From assembly GCA_051294375.1 (NCBI GenBank), contig JBJCIZ010000467.1, forward strand, positions 1 to 29,047: a stretch of DNA of 29,047 nucleotides, given 5' to 3'. The DNA comes from Paraspadella gotoi. Its lineage: Eukaryota; Animalia; Chaetognatha. Below the pieces are notes generated by a model, which made no database searches, was not told the DNA's origin, and saw nothing but the letters and a program-made list of their open reading frames with translations. How positions within the stretch are numbered: the stretch's first letter is position 1; the number at the start of each line of letters is the position of its first letter. Both the position numbers and the translations under genes were made by a program. Shown here piece by piece: positions 10,781-22,839 of this stretch.

Positions 10781-12592
10781 AAGAAGAGAGAGTGGAGAGA
10801 GAGAGAGTGAGAGAGAGAAGAGAGGAGGGCAGACATAAAATAAAAAAATCTTAAAAGACTCAAGATCGAGCCAGAGCCACTATCAAGAAAATTAATGAAA
10901 AAACCCGGGAAAAAAACGAATGAATCATGCGATAACGAATTATTGATGTAATTCGTATTGATTGAGGTAATACTATTGATTGATGTAATAGTAATTTATT
11001 GATGTAATAGGAATTGATTATTGATTCGATGATAATCAATTATTGATGCGATGATAGTCATTCACTGCTGTGATGATAGTCATTCACTGATGCGATGATT
11101 GTCATTCATTGATGCGATGCTAGTCAATAAACCAAACAAATGCGTGTATGAGTGAAAGAGAGAGAGAGAAAGAAGAGAATAAATCCACAGAAAATCTCGG
11201 ATGAAAATATGGGATTTTTGTATTGAAAAAAAGCGCGGGAATAAATGGTAATAATAAAAAGTTTTTAGAAGGAAAAAAATAATCAGAATTTTTCAAAAAA
11301 CAAACGATCACGCAAGAGATCGGACAGAGAGGGGACAGACACACAGAGAGAAAAAGAGAGAGAGAGAGAAGCTCTACAGCCCCTTTACTCGTTAAAGAAT
11401 CAGCAGTACCTATGGCGCCGGACGTAGGCTGAGCTCTTCTCTACCCAAAGGACCAGCTATCGGATATATCTGCGGCTACACTCTCTGTTTCTTGTGCTTT
11501 TTATTTACAAACAAAACGTTTTATTATATGTCGCTCTCTCTCTCTCTTTCTTTCTTTTAAATATATGTCGCTGCCTGATCCCCCCAATGGGAACTCGTTT
11601 TTTTCAACTCTACTCTCATGTCGTGGTGTTCTTCTCTGATTTGGGTCCAACACGGGTCCGGTTCTGCAGGAAAATCGTCCCACTTGTCACAGGACTTACC
11701 ATTCATTAATCTACTATCAAATTTCTTTTTGTACAAACATTCAAAAATACAATAGACGAGAGAGACGAGTACTGAGTACGTAGTATAGTCTCTTGGATTT
11801 TAGTATTCGTCTGTCTGGTTTTGTTAGCGGAACAATACGTTTTTAAATAGACAAAAATATTGAAGATAAAGGCATATGAATGTATTGGGCAGAGTAAAAC
11901 AAAGAGAGACCGTCAGAATGTGACAGAAACGATCCGCTGATCAATACTAGGGTTGAGAAAAGCAAAGAGAGACTGAGGAGTTTAGGGTAGCGAGAAGAGC
12001 ACGTATACATACGTTCAGACGAATACGGGTTTTATTGTTTTGTAAATAAAACAAATACGAATATTGATATGAACATGAGAGCTAGCTCTTTAACGAGTAT
12101 AGTTGAGACTTAAGGATCTCTTCGATCTCCTTAGAATCCTTCTCAATTATGAAATTTTTTTCAACTCTCCCTCCATGTATGATTCTCGACCATGTCTTGT
12201 CTTGTCAGATACGCCATGATTGGCATTACTATAACGCGTACGGAATTTAGGTGGCCGTAATTTATACGATTTTGTTTTGAAATTCTGATTATAATTTCAA
12301 ATCTATTGCCCAGCTGACGCGGTTCTATAACATGCCCCGCTCCCCTGGCTCGAAGTTTAATTAGAGGATTATATTGTTTGTTTTGTATTAAATGTAAACA
12401 AAACATTTATAATGTCCGCGACCGACTCAATTTAAGGACAACTCGATGATTGTACAAGCTGAATAGTTCATTATATATTGATACTCTAAAATTAATTAAT
12501 TAATTAGTTAATTAATATAATTAACTCTATTACTTAAATTAATCTACTCGTAGGCAGATCCGGACACATTGTTTGACTTTCAAACTTGTTTT
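9597..12592 (+). mobile_element. Non-autonomous Helentron-associated element (HINE/DINE-1-like), family A, with internal tandem repeats and nested sequence
   Basis: 5' hairpin GTCGGATCTGCT-TATC-AGCAGATCCCGAC (9601-9629), GTCC/GTCG microsatellite (9646-9661, 9743-9762), about five ~110-190 bp internal repeats with core GAAATTTTGTGTG...GTGGAAATGAGTTTAAATGG (9785-10650), 3' subTIR GCAGATCCGGAC + hairpin GTTTGA-CTT-TCAAAC + TTGTTTT (12554-12592). Pairing of these two ends is inferred. Confidence 0.7.
10700..11372 (+). repeat. Dispersed repeat family B with (GA)n and ~21 bp tandem unit (ATTGATGCGATGATAGTCATTC)
   Basis: (GA)n 10739-10828; tandem units 10925-11120; reverse-complement matches at 19080-19200, 19600-19710, 19920-20350, 21130-21358. 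Confidence 0.7.
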
Positions 12593-13084
12593 AATATATA
12601 TACTTGAATTGATTTCTGAAATGACATTTAATTAAATAGATAACTTAAATCAAGTAGATGATATGTTAATATGATCTCTTCTTATTATCATTACTAATCT
12701 CGTTCTCTATTACCGCACTACCATATAACTATTTACGTATTAATGATATAGATTATTGATTATATATTTGTATACATTATACTAATACCATCTGCATGCA
12801 TATATATACATTTGAAATAATTTGAAAGGAAACACATCGAGAGACAATTGCTGAGTTGGACAAAGATATATATGACAACAGAGTAGTGAAGGTATTCTTA
12901 TCATACGGAGGCTATCATACATCAATTATGCATTATAAAATACATCTGAATCATAATCAATACTGATCCCCGTCAACTACAAATCTAATTAATAAATGTC
13001 TACGTATTTACAAAATATGCAGAAATTACAGAATTTAGTATTACTGGCTAAGATGCGGACAGAGAAATCAGATTACCACTCTGT

Positions 13085-13215
13085 TTCTTTTTTGCGCATA
13101 TATTTATCATTCATGTCCGATCATGTCGTCGACTATGATAATGTGATTGCCCGAAAAAGATGAATTATAAGTGGAACCCAAAGAAAGAATCTTTCTTGGT
13201 GTATCACTTATCATA
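13085..13215 (-). mobile_element. Partial HINE A-related fragment with alternative hairpin
   Basis: 13088-13165 resembles 14563-14625; hairpin ATAAGTGGAACCCAAAGAAAGA-A-TCTTTCTTGGTGTATCACTTAT resembles 14711-14745. Confidence 0.45.
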
Positions 13216-13919
13216 TTATATTAAATTTACTACTATACTACGACTAGTTTTTATTTTAATTAAAGTACCATAAGTGCTTTGATACAATCCAACGATTTTG
13301 GAGGTATTTAAGTTGTGGAGCGGAGACACAGTTCTTCGGCTGTCATTGCAATGCCTTACATCTATGTCGCTTTTGTGCATTCACATTGTATGTTTTTCCA
13401 ATTTTGAACTTTGGAAGATGTATGAGAGGAGAAGAGAGAGAAAGAGAGAGAGAGAGAGATGAAGAAGAAATGGCAAACAAAGATATAGTGAGACAGGACA
13501 GTGGCTTGAAATGTGATGGACAGGTTTGCAGTGAGTTAGAGAGATGCACGAGAGAGATGAGTGAGAAGTAATCGCTCAGCGATAGTAAGAATAAATTTGC
13601 TCGGAGTGAGGGAGAGAGAGACAGAGAAGCAGAGGTTAATCCATTATGCAAAAATGTCTACATAGACACATTATGTACACAATGCTACTCTAATAATATA
13701 CATGTAGGACGACTTAACCATACACTAAAATATCTTAAACTTAATTCAGATAAAAATTCAATCATCGGAGTCGATACTTTCTAATATTGATCTCGTACAA
13801 TATACACGCATGTTTAGCAGAGATAGGTCAAGGGATATAGGAATACGAGTTAAAGCATTTAAGGATTTATAGTTAAACGCTATATATATAGCTCAAAATG
13901 AGCTCAAAATATATAAACT

Positions 13920-14708
13920 AAAATAATAAGTTAATTAGATAAATTAATATATGTTGATATCAAAATTTTGTTTTTAGGTCTTTTCGGTCACTGGACACGG
14001 GCCACAGACAGAGAGCTACGAATGACGGTCGGATGACATATGCGTGATAACAGATTTGACTGATTGACTGGATTAATTGAATACAATAATTAATTTATTA
14101 AATAAATTGATTGATTGAATAATTAATTAATAGATAACTAAATAATTTGTTTGAATAATTAATTTATCGATTATTGACAATTAATTATTATTAATTAATT
14201 GATTAAATTAATACATCTTGCATTTTACATTTAATTATAAAAAAAGAAGCATAATCAATTAGTGAAACAGGTTTTTGTTTCTTTCATTTAAACTCATTTC
14301 CACTCAGACGATTCCATCAAAACTTGATTTCCAGCCTTAATACACACTTTCCTACCCACATACAAAATTTCACCCCATCCACTCATGAGCATGTGTTCAA
14401 ATAGAAAAATATTTTTTGTTTTTTCCATTCAAACTGCATTTTTCCACTCGGACGAATTCCATCACCAACTTGATTCTCCAACTCAATCACACACTTCCCT
14501 ACCCTCACACAAAATTTCATTACAATCCATCCATCCAATCACGAGTCATCAGACGGACATCATTTTTGTTGCATAATTTATCATAATTCGATATCCTGAC
14601 ATATATGTGAATGCCCGACAAGATTGAGGCCCTCAATGAGGGGGCGGACCGACGGACCGACAAAGTGAATTATAGAGTCGGGATCTGCTGAAAGCAGATC
14701 CGACTAAA
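13920..14708 (-). mobile_element. HINE family A copy (5' part), minus strand
   Basis: 14641-14706 GGGGCGGACCGACGGACCGACAAAGTGAATTATAGAGTCGGGATCTGCTGAAAGCAGATCCGACTA is the reverse complement of 9599-9666; similarity continues to ~14190. Confidence 0.85.
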
Positions 14709-14949
14709 AATGACCCAAAGAACCATCTTTCGGTTGATCACTTATTTGTAATGTATTAACAGACCGACCGACAGACCAATCCCATAAGTCCACCAAGCGT
14801 AACTAAAAGTAAAAATTTTAATTATTAATTTCCGAAATTCAAAACATAATGGAATTAAGTCTGATTACTAATATGTGATAACTACGGCAATATGAAAATT
14901 AATCGCATTCATGGGTTAATAAATTACACGCGAAAGGCGCCTGTTCAGT

Positions 14950-15150
14950 GTCAAAGCAGGGGCAAGATAGCTTAAAGGCCTGCATATACTCTTACAAGAT
15001 ATATGACAGGTCCTTGCCAACTTTTAATTCCAAGACTTCTTTCCGTCTGCGTTTACTTCACCCGCAAGAGTACCTGGCGTTCCTATCAAATGAAGTTGGG
15101 TTTGCAAAGAATGTTTTCAATTGTCATGAAAAAGACCTCCTGTAAGTGTT
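14950..15150 (-). mobile_element. Fragment of Penelope family 2 (GIY-YIG C-terminal part)
   Basis: Similar to 27490-27685 (e.g. AGAGTACCTGGCGTTCCTATCAAATGAAGT vs AGAGTACCTGGCTTCCCTATCAATGAAGT). Confidence 0.6.
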
Positions 15151-15414
15151 GCCAAATTATGGAACCGAGCGCCTAAATAATACAGAAATTCCCAGCTTGT
15201 AGAACAAATTCGCGAAACGCGATCGGCGCAAACCTTTTTTCTAATTTTTTATGATTGTTTGGAATAATGGTATAATGTCTTAAGTTTGACGTCCAATGCC
15301 CATGGTTTTAGAAAAATCGAACCAAAACACAAAATATCCTCTCGCTTTTTTCACGATCTCGCCTTTTGAAGATTTTTCGCCATCGATTCGAATCTCTTGA
15401 CAAACTTAGTGTAA

Positions 15415-18400
15415 TTTTTAGCGTCGATACATCTGCTGTATCAGCAAGCCCGACTCTATAATTCACGTTTGTCGGTCGCGTGGTCGAGCCGCCCATCAAA
15501 GTATTGTGGTGCAGTCACTTATATCATGTCAGAGACACATCGGAATTATGAAATAAATGATGGCAAAAAAGATACGATGTCCGTAGCCGTCCGTCCGTCG
15601 CAGCTTGGCAACAAAACAGCGAATTACGCGTGATTGGATGGATGGATTGGAATGTAAATTGTGTGTGGTGAGGAAGTTGTGATGAGGCTTATATGACACA
15701 ATGAAAAAAACGTGCGAAAGCGTCTCGTGCTGATTTTGTCGCCTTGGAAAATTGTTCTGGAAGAAATTATATGTGATATACTTTTGGTAATCATGTGCGA
15801 TGATTATCACGTACTGGATATACCCTGTGATCTGACCAATATCACCCTACCATCAACAAAAAACTGCTAGAATCAAAATAGAAAAAGATGAAGCAATTAT
15901 AGCGTCGAAAGCGCTTTAACAGGAAATTTTAGGACCATGTTGGCTTTTTAATAAATGCAAAAAAATAATTAATATTATTAAAACAAACACTTTACGATAA
16001 CGCTAATAGTTAAGCGCGAGACCAAGATGAGGTATTTTTTAGCGCCATTCATTGCTAAATTTATAGAATCATTTGTTTGTAATTACGTCCAATTGAATCT
16101 AGAATAACAATATGACCAAATTCATTTTCAATTTTCTTTATGAATGCGGAAGTTTTTCTCTGGCTTACTCCCCTATGTGTCCTAATTATTTAATAATTTT
16201 AAAGGTATTTTCAAAAACCTTATATACCTTACTGATAGTTTTTCACTTTTTTTCAATTCTTTCAAAACAAAAAACACATCATAAGCAAACATTTTAAAAT
16301 TTTTAATAAAAAAATATTGATTGATGGAGTTTTGGAAAAAGTATTTTGAAAGCTTGAGAAAATACATGGATTATGATGTCAGGAAAAAATTTTGGGCAAT
16401 TCTAAAAAATCAGCCTGCTAGCCTTTTGGGATTTTTCTAGAGGCTGATTTTTTTATTTTTTTGATATTTTGATTTTCTATGCCAAAACCAATTAATTCTC
16501 ATGAGGCATCAGGTCGGACGATAATTTTTTTTTCCCCAACAATTTTAGAAAAATTTCAACTTTTCTAATTAGGTTTTTTGGGAGAAATAAATAAATAAAT
16601 TATTGTACGATGGTATATCTGTTAAAGTGATCATACTCGTCCTAAATGACAAAGAAAATTTTCTTCAGGTTTATTTTGAAATTTAAAGTAGTTGTCAGCG
16701 CAATAGAATAAGTGGAGATACTCCAGCTTTGCCGAAATTTTTATTTAACAAAGATTTGTACTCGGGCGTAATTTAAAGAAAGATATTGTTTTTAAAATAA
16801 CTTTTGAAGAAAAGAAGGTAGCAAGGTCGGATGTGGTATCAGTATTAAAGCCCTAATCATGGGAACCTTTCTAAGAAGAGTTTTATTAAATAAATCCATA
16901 AATCTTTATTACACAGTCTTTGGTTAAAAGTATAACAGGTTGTTGTTTGCTTAAAATATTTTCATGAAGGCGTGTTATATAAAGAGATTTTTTCTTTTTC
17001 TTTGTAAATTTGGAAAAAGGAAAGACTGAATTACATTTTGTTATTATTAAATTTTTTTATTCTATAAAATTGCTTATATTTTTCGTTAAAGTAAAAACAG
17101 CAAGAAGATTTATGTTGTAGGCTTAATAAATGTATTTTGTAAATAGTTAAAAAAAATAAAAAATGTTTTCAGCTTGATATAACCACAGTGCTGGACACCG
17201 TACCTTCTTGTCTGTGAAAAAAAACTCTTAATTTGTTCAGTATCTTTAACTGGCCAAACTAAAAGCTTGACACACTCTTGTTTATATAATAAAAGTTGTA
17301 TAAAAATTACTATAGGCTGGTAACATATTTGACAAAGCAAAACATCATTGTGTTAAATTGTATTGATAAGTTTTTGTTTAAATATAGCAAGGAATTTAAT
17401 TCTATTATTGTATCAATCCATTTTAATTAAGAAAAAATATTTCTCGGTAATAGCCCATTGGAAAGAGTTTCATTGACTGACTTAATAAATAAATATTTTT
17501 AGATTTATTGTACTGACCTGTATTTGCACAAGATATAGAAAGGTCATGGTTATGCATGGTCATAAGTCCAGATTATCTGTAGGCCCTTTCTGCAACGCTG
17601 CATGTCCAAATTTTCTTTTTTTTTCCACTTTCAAATGTATTAAACCAAAGAAAAATTTATTTGAGAGAACAATCGGCCGGTGGAGGATGCCCATTGGTAA
17701 GTTAGTTCGCCACAGCTTCCGCGATCCGTATTTTTAAATAGAGGTTTTTTTTGCCATCTGATTGTGAGGACATAACATTAAACGCATATTAGTACTATTT
17801 ATTTTTTTTGTATTTTTTTTTATTAGGCAGGGTTCTATGAATAAATAGTGAATATAAGTAACTTTTTTGAAAAATTTAGTCATGCTTTCCACCGCTATAT
17901 TCAGGTCATGAGTTAAAAACAAAAAGTTTGGCATTGTATTTTGGATATCCAACATATGAAAACTATAGACCGTTTCAAAAAATAAAAAGAAATATAATAA
18001 TATTGAACAGTGAATTTTTTTATAATGCACGGAACAGTAACGTTAGCGCCATTTTCATTGTGTTGCATATGAAGTTTCGATGGAGATCGTGCGAGTGGAA
18101 ATGAGTTCTCTAACTGGTAAATAAAAACCATATTTCCATCTATTAGAACTCTGCAATATGTACTCTATTGAGTCGCCGATGGGCCGCGATTGACTTGAAC
18201 ATCTTTCGTGATTTGGGTAGGAAAGCAGCTGACTGTGCCAGTTGAGAGCTGAAATGCAACGTTTCGATGGAATCCTTGAGTGGAAATGAGTTTAAATGGA
18301 AAAAAACGAGCAAAAACCTGTTTCAGCTAATTGACTTATGCTTCCCTTTTTCGCTTCCTTACCTCTCAAACTGAAATGCAAGACTGTATTACATAAATCA

Positions 18401-18890
18401 AACATCAACTAGCAAGTTAATTAATCATTGAGTCCACATTAATTAATCCTACATAATTACATTCAATTAGTCAATACATCCGTCCCCTCTCCATCGCATT
18501 CGCTTAGGTCAAAAAGTTCCTTCCAATAACCGTGATTGGTCTGCCGCTCTGTGGACTTGGAATGAAATTTTGTGTGTGGGCTAGTGACAGTGTGACGATG
18601 AAGCGCTGGACTATTAAAAGTGTTCGATAGGCATCGTGCGAGTTGGAAATGAGCTTTTAAATAGCGAAAACATAAGTTGGCCATTATACTTAAAATATTT
18701 TTACTTATTTAACCAATATAAATTACTCTATTGTGAATCATAACTTGGTATGGATACTTGTTGAGTTAAATTTTGTGTGTGGGGTAGGAAATGGTGCTTG
18801 ACGAAGCTTGTATAGTTTCCATCGGCGGAAACGTAGCAGTGGATAATACAGTTTACAAAAAAAAAAAGTATCATGAGTCACATTTACTGA
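15415..18890 (+). mobile_element. HINE family A copy interrupted by a 2.37 kb DNA transposon
   Basis: 15418-15696 is collinear with 9598-9857, and 18066-18890 resumes collinearity with 9852-10550. Confidence 0.8.
15697..18062 (-). mobile_element. Degenerate Transib/RAG1-like/Chapaev-type DNA transposon with RING finger remnant
   Basis: Termini CACAATGAAAA (15697) and TTTTCATTGTG (18052-18062); clean interruption of a host repeat; minus-strand motifs in order: LCQICYQPI...EC...CPA.C (17340-17183), VIKIYG (16912-16895), EYKSL...FGKAGVS.TY..YC (16763-16700), PDA.HELIGFG (16513-16481), LGHIGE*AREKL (16185-16150). Confidence 0.65.
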
Positions 18891-18999
18891 TTAGAACAAT
18901 CAAAAGGTCGAATCTGTTAAGCACACCAGTGATTGGAAAAATTTCCAATGTAAACCATTGTACCTTTTTGTCTTTCCGCGCTTTTATTTATTTGTTATA

Positions 19000-21358
19000 T
19001 GATAGTATCGCATATCTGTTTTTTGCAGCGGCGGCCTTTTCTGAACTTCGTTTAAGAAACGAGTTCAGTCTGCCAGGCTCTCTCGAGTCTCTGTACTCTC
19101 TGTGTGTGCGTCCTGCTCCTCCTCTCTTCGCTGATCGATCTCTTGCGTTGAGTCGTTTGCGCTTTTTTGAAAATATTGCTGATTATTTTTTTCTCTTCTA
19201 ACAAGAACTATATATGTATATTGCATTGTCAGGTTCGCTGCCTCTTTCTGACTGCGTTTAAAAACGAGTTCAGCTCTCTCTCTCTCTGCCTTCCGTCTCC
19301 TCCCAGCTCCCCCCTCTTTTTTTTTTGTTCTTAGCAAAAAAAAAAATACGAATTATGTCACTTTCTTTTTCGTTCACCGAGACGTCACTCGAGACGTAAA
19401 GCTGAGTCCCGCCTCTCTCTCTCTCTCTATCTTTCTTCTCTATCTGTTCGTCTGTGTCTGCTGCTGCTCTAGTCTCTTTTTTTTTTACACACAATAATTT
19501 TTTAGTGACTTTTTTTTTCAAGCCGGTTCACCGTCACTAGGCGACGAAGTAAACGATTAAACGAGTGTTCCGGCTCTCTTCTGTCTCCTCTCTATCTTTC
19601 TGCGTCTCTCGTGCGTTCTGTACGCGATCGTGTCGTGTTTTTTGAAAAATGTCGTTATGTATTTCTGTTCCTTCTAAAAACTTTTCATTATCGCCATTTA
19701 TTTTTTTTCTCAAATACAATCAATGATCATGCTCATTCATTTTTTAATAATGATGCCAAAAGATGAGGTTTTGCCAAACAAAGAAAGAAAACCCCCCTGC
19801 ATTTTGACTAGATGAAGCAAAAGACTAAAGTCTCATATTATTCAATTGAAAAAAAAATAGAAAGTTAATGTGATGCTTTAATCACACTCTAATGAAAACA
19901 TTTTTATTGTTTTGATACGCGGCGCTGTTTTTCTTATAGCAAAATCCCAAATTTATTTGCGGCGGAGATTTGTTCGTGGTTTTATTTTTTTCCTTCTAAA
20001 AACGTTGTTAATTAGATATTGTTAAGTTATTCTCTCTATATTTCTCTCTCAATCAAGCTCTCTGTCTCTCTGCTCGTCTCGATCGTCTGCTTTTCTGCTC
20101 TCTAATTTACTCATCGCGGTCAGAGTGAATGACTATCGATACGCATCAATGAATGGATTATCATCCGATTAATGAAGTAGCTATCATACAATCAATGAAT
20201 GATTATTCATCGCCCGGCATCATGAATGATTATCATGCGCAGATCCATCAGTGTTGGTTATCGATCGCATCAATCCTTTGGTTATCATCGGGCATCAATG
20301 ATTTGGTTAGTCAGTACGATCATATTTTGGTTATCGATCGCATCAATGAGATGTGGCTTTTCGAGCGACATTTTGTACTGTTTTTCCATGTATCAATGTT
20401 GCATCCACTATACAGGAGGACTTCGTAACCCGGCTCGATGCTGGCAACGTCAGAACTTGGCGCTCTGAGCTAACCCAGGCTTTGACGACGATATCGATGT
20501 TTAAAATCTGATTTAAAGCTTTTTAAAAGATTGCGAAGCCTTTTGTTGTGTTTCGTAATGTCAGTCAAGGAACAGAAGATGGATTCCGCCTGTTAAAACT
20601 TACTGTTTACTGTTATTGCGGCTTGGTGTATGTCGTGACTGTTTTGGGTTACTATTTGTTGTTTTTGTACTCGTAGTGTAATGAGTCGAAGATGGATTCA
20701 TGTTAGTTTATTTTATCCATTACCTTGCACAAGTTTAATTCATTATTCATTATTGTTATTATTATTGGTATTAAAAAGCACGTTTAATCTTCTCTGTTGC
20801 AGATTGTAATAAGCTACATTAAACAAAGAGAAAACGTTTTTATCAATAATAATGAACAAAGAAAAATGAATTAAAACTGAAGTGAAATATCTAAATGATT
20901 TAATCACCTCGATCTTGCATAATCACCTTGCGAGCATGAAATAAAATCATTAATGATTAATTCAACTCCATCAATATTAAAGTCTAAATCACGTGACTCA
21001 CCTTCCCCTGCTCATCAACCTGCTTGTGACTGAAAGTTCAAGCCAGTTTTTCTCGTTTAGAACTAGTGCACTCAGTTTGACGAAGCCCTTGCATCAACGC
21101 TGTGGCGGCACACCCGGGGACTCGCCACAAATGAATGATTACTATCAATGAACAGTAGCTATCAGATACATCAATGAATGATTAATCATCGGGCGATCAA
21201 TGAATGATTATCATGCTCCAGTCATTTGGTTAATCATGCGGCATGCAATCATTTGGTTATCATCGGGCAATCAATATTTGGTTATCGATAGCATCAATAT
21301 TTGGTTTCACAAAACGGCAGGGCTCGATCCCTATTGCTTTTAAGATTTTTTATTTATG
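19000..21358 (-). repeat. Repeat family B copy/copies, (CT)n-rich with 21 bp minisatellite GCATCAATGAATGATTATCAT split by an insertion
   Basis: Reverse-complement similarity to 10700-11372; tandem units at 20110-20350 and 21130-21305; block CACCGTCACTAGGCGACGA...AAACGAGT.CCGGCTCT (19529-19580) recurs at 23833-23878. Confidence 0.65.
20352..21129. mobile_element. Candidate solo LTR (778 bp)
   Basis: Starts TGTGGC, ends GCCACA (TG...CA terminal inverted repeat), non-coding, inserted in the middle of a minisatellite; AATGA on both flanks but not exactly abutting on the left. Confidence 0.5.
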
Positions 21359-22839
21359 AGTTACTAATGAAATGTCTTTAATTAATTCATTAATTAATTT
21401 TATCTGGTCTTGAATGTGCAAAATAAGCCTAGACAGTTAGAATTCAAAAACGGCCACTTCTCCGAACTTAGTTCTATACAATTTTTTTAAACCGGAAGTT
21501 GTTCGATGTAAAAACTGGCGTGGAAAATCCATTAACCATAGTTAAACAAATCGCATAAACTGATACTATTAACCGCATCTATGAGTAACCATGAAAAAAG
21601 AGTCCTTCCTCTAACTACTACTTAACTTTTTTTTTCATTTCCTTCACCATGCTCCACCCCTATTCATCGCGTAGCAATCACCGTGGACGCTACTGGGGAA
21701 CCATAAATGTTTATTTCGACGCTGCACTACTCAAACACCAGGGATACTTTAGATGTAATGATAACTTAAGCATAGATTACAACCTATCATTGTAGTTAAA
21801 CTCATCCCTGTCATAAAATCAGTATCCGATTCTTCTAAATAGATTTTGAACGATTCTTAATTCTTCATAAAAAACTCAACAATCCTCAAATATGTTATTA
21901 TAAAATTTCCACATGTCCTTCAGCTCGTCAAAAATAGAAAACAAAGCAGCCCAACATTCTCTTCATCTCTTTTATTATGCTCCTTAATAAACAATTATTT
22001 ACTCATTGATAATAAGCATCTTTACTGTTCGATTTTCGCCATCCTCTTAACCTAAAAATACTCATGATACGCACCGTATCTTCCCTTTACAATCAGCCCT
22101 TATATCCAGTTCTTCTCCTCCCGCGCGAATCCGAACCCTGTTCTTCAAACCAATCATACAACCAAACCTAAAAAAAACCATAAGAGATTCGTATCGCATT
22201 ACGCACATGAAATCCTGTAAAACAGCTGATCCTCGGCAGATTGCGCCATCAACTCGATCCAAATTTCTCGACTACTCTAAAAAAATAAAATTTGCAGAAA
22301 ACGAAACGACGTAATTTATAATACAGCAAAGAAAATAATTTCTATTTTACGATTGCTCAATTACAAACCAAAATAGATAATAAAGTTACCACAGGCCAAA
22401 AGAATCTCCACACCACTAGTTCTATCACGCTTTCTGAAAAAAAAAATTATTGTCAAACAAACAATACACTGCATCAGCAGACGTAGCCCCTTGAGAAAGA
22501 AAACAAGAGAAGAAAAGAGAAGAGAGAAGAGGAGAAGCCAATTGTTTTCGACGAATCAGCAGCACAGCGCTTGCAGGAGCAGGCAGAGGCACCCAGAAAA
22601 AGAAATCAAAGGACAGCAGACAGCAAGCAGCAGGAGAAAAGAGAGAAAATGACCGATAAGTCCTGCAGAGGCAGCTGCAGACTCCGTTTTTTCCCTATGA
22701 GATCAGTGACTAGGAAAAGAGGAGAGGGAGAGAGACATGTAATTAAAAGAAGAGAGAAAAGAGCAAAGAGAAGAAATATAAAAATAAAGAGAAACATTTG
22801 TTTGCTTTTGATAAAACGTAAACAAAACAATATTTAATA

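Noticed and set aside
12161-12406. 81-aa minus-strand ORF (KLRARG...IE) reminiscent of a non-LTR retrotransposon C-terminus
   Set aside because: Similarity too weak; no RT or zinc-knuckle motifs nearby.
15700-16000. RAG2-like partner gene in the CACAATG element
   Set aside because: Only about 300-400 bp remain after the transposase remnant and no kelch or PHD motifs are visible.
20153-20468. Two overlapping ORFs
   Set aside because: Translations of the 21 bp minisatellite and the LTR-like junction.
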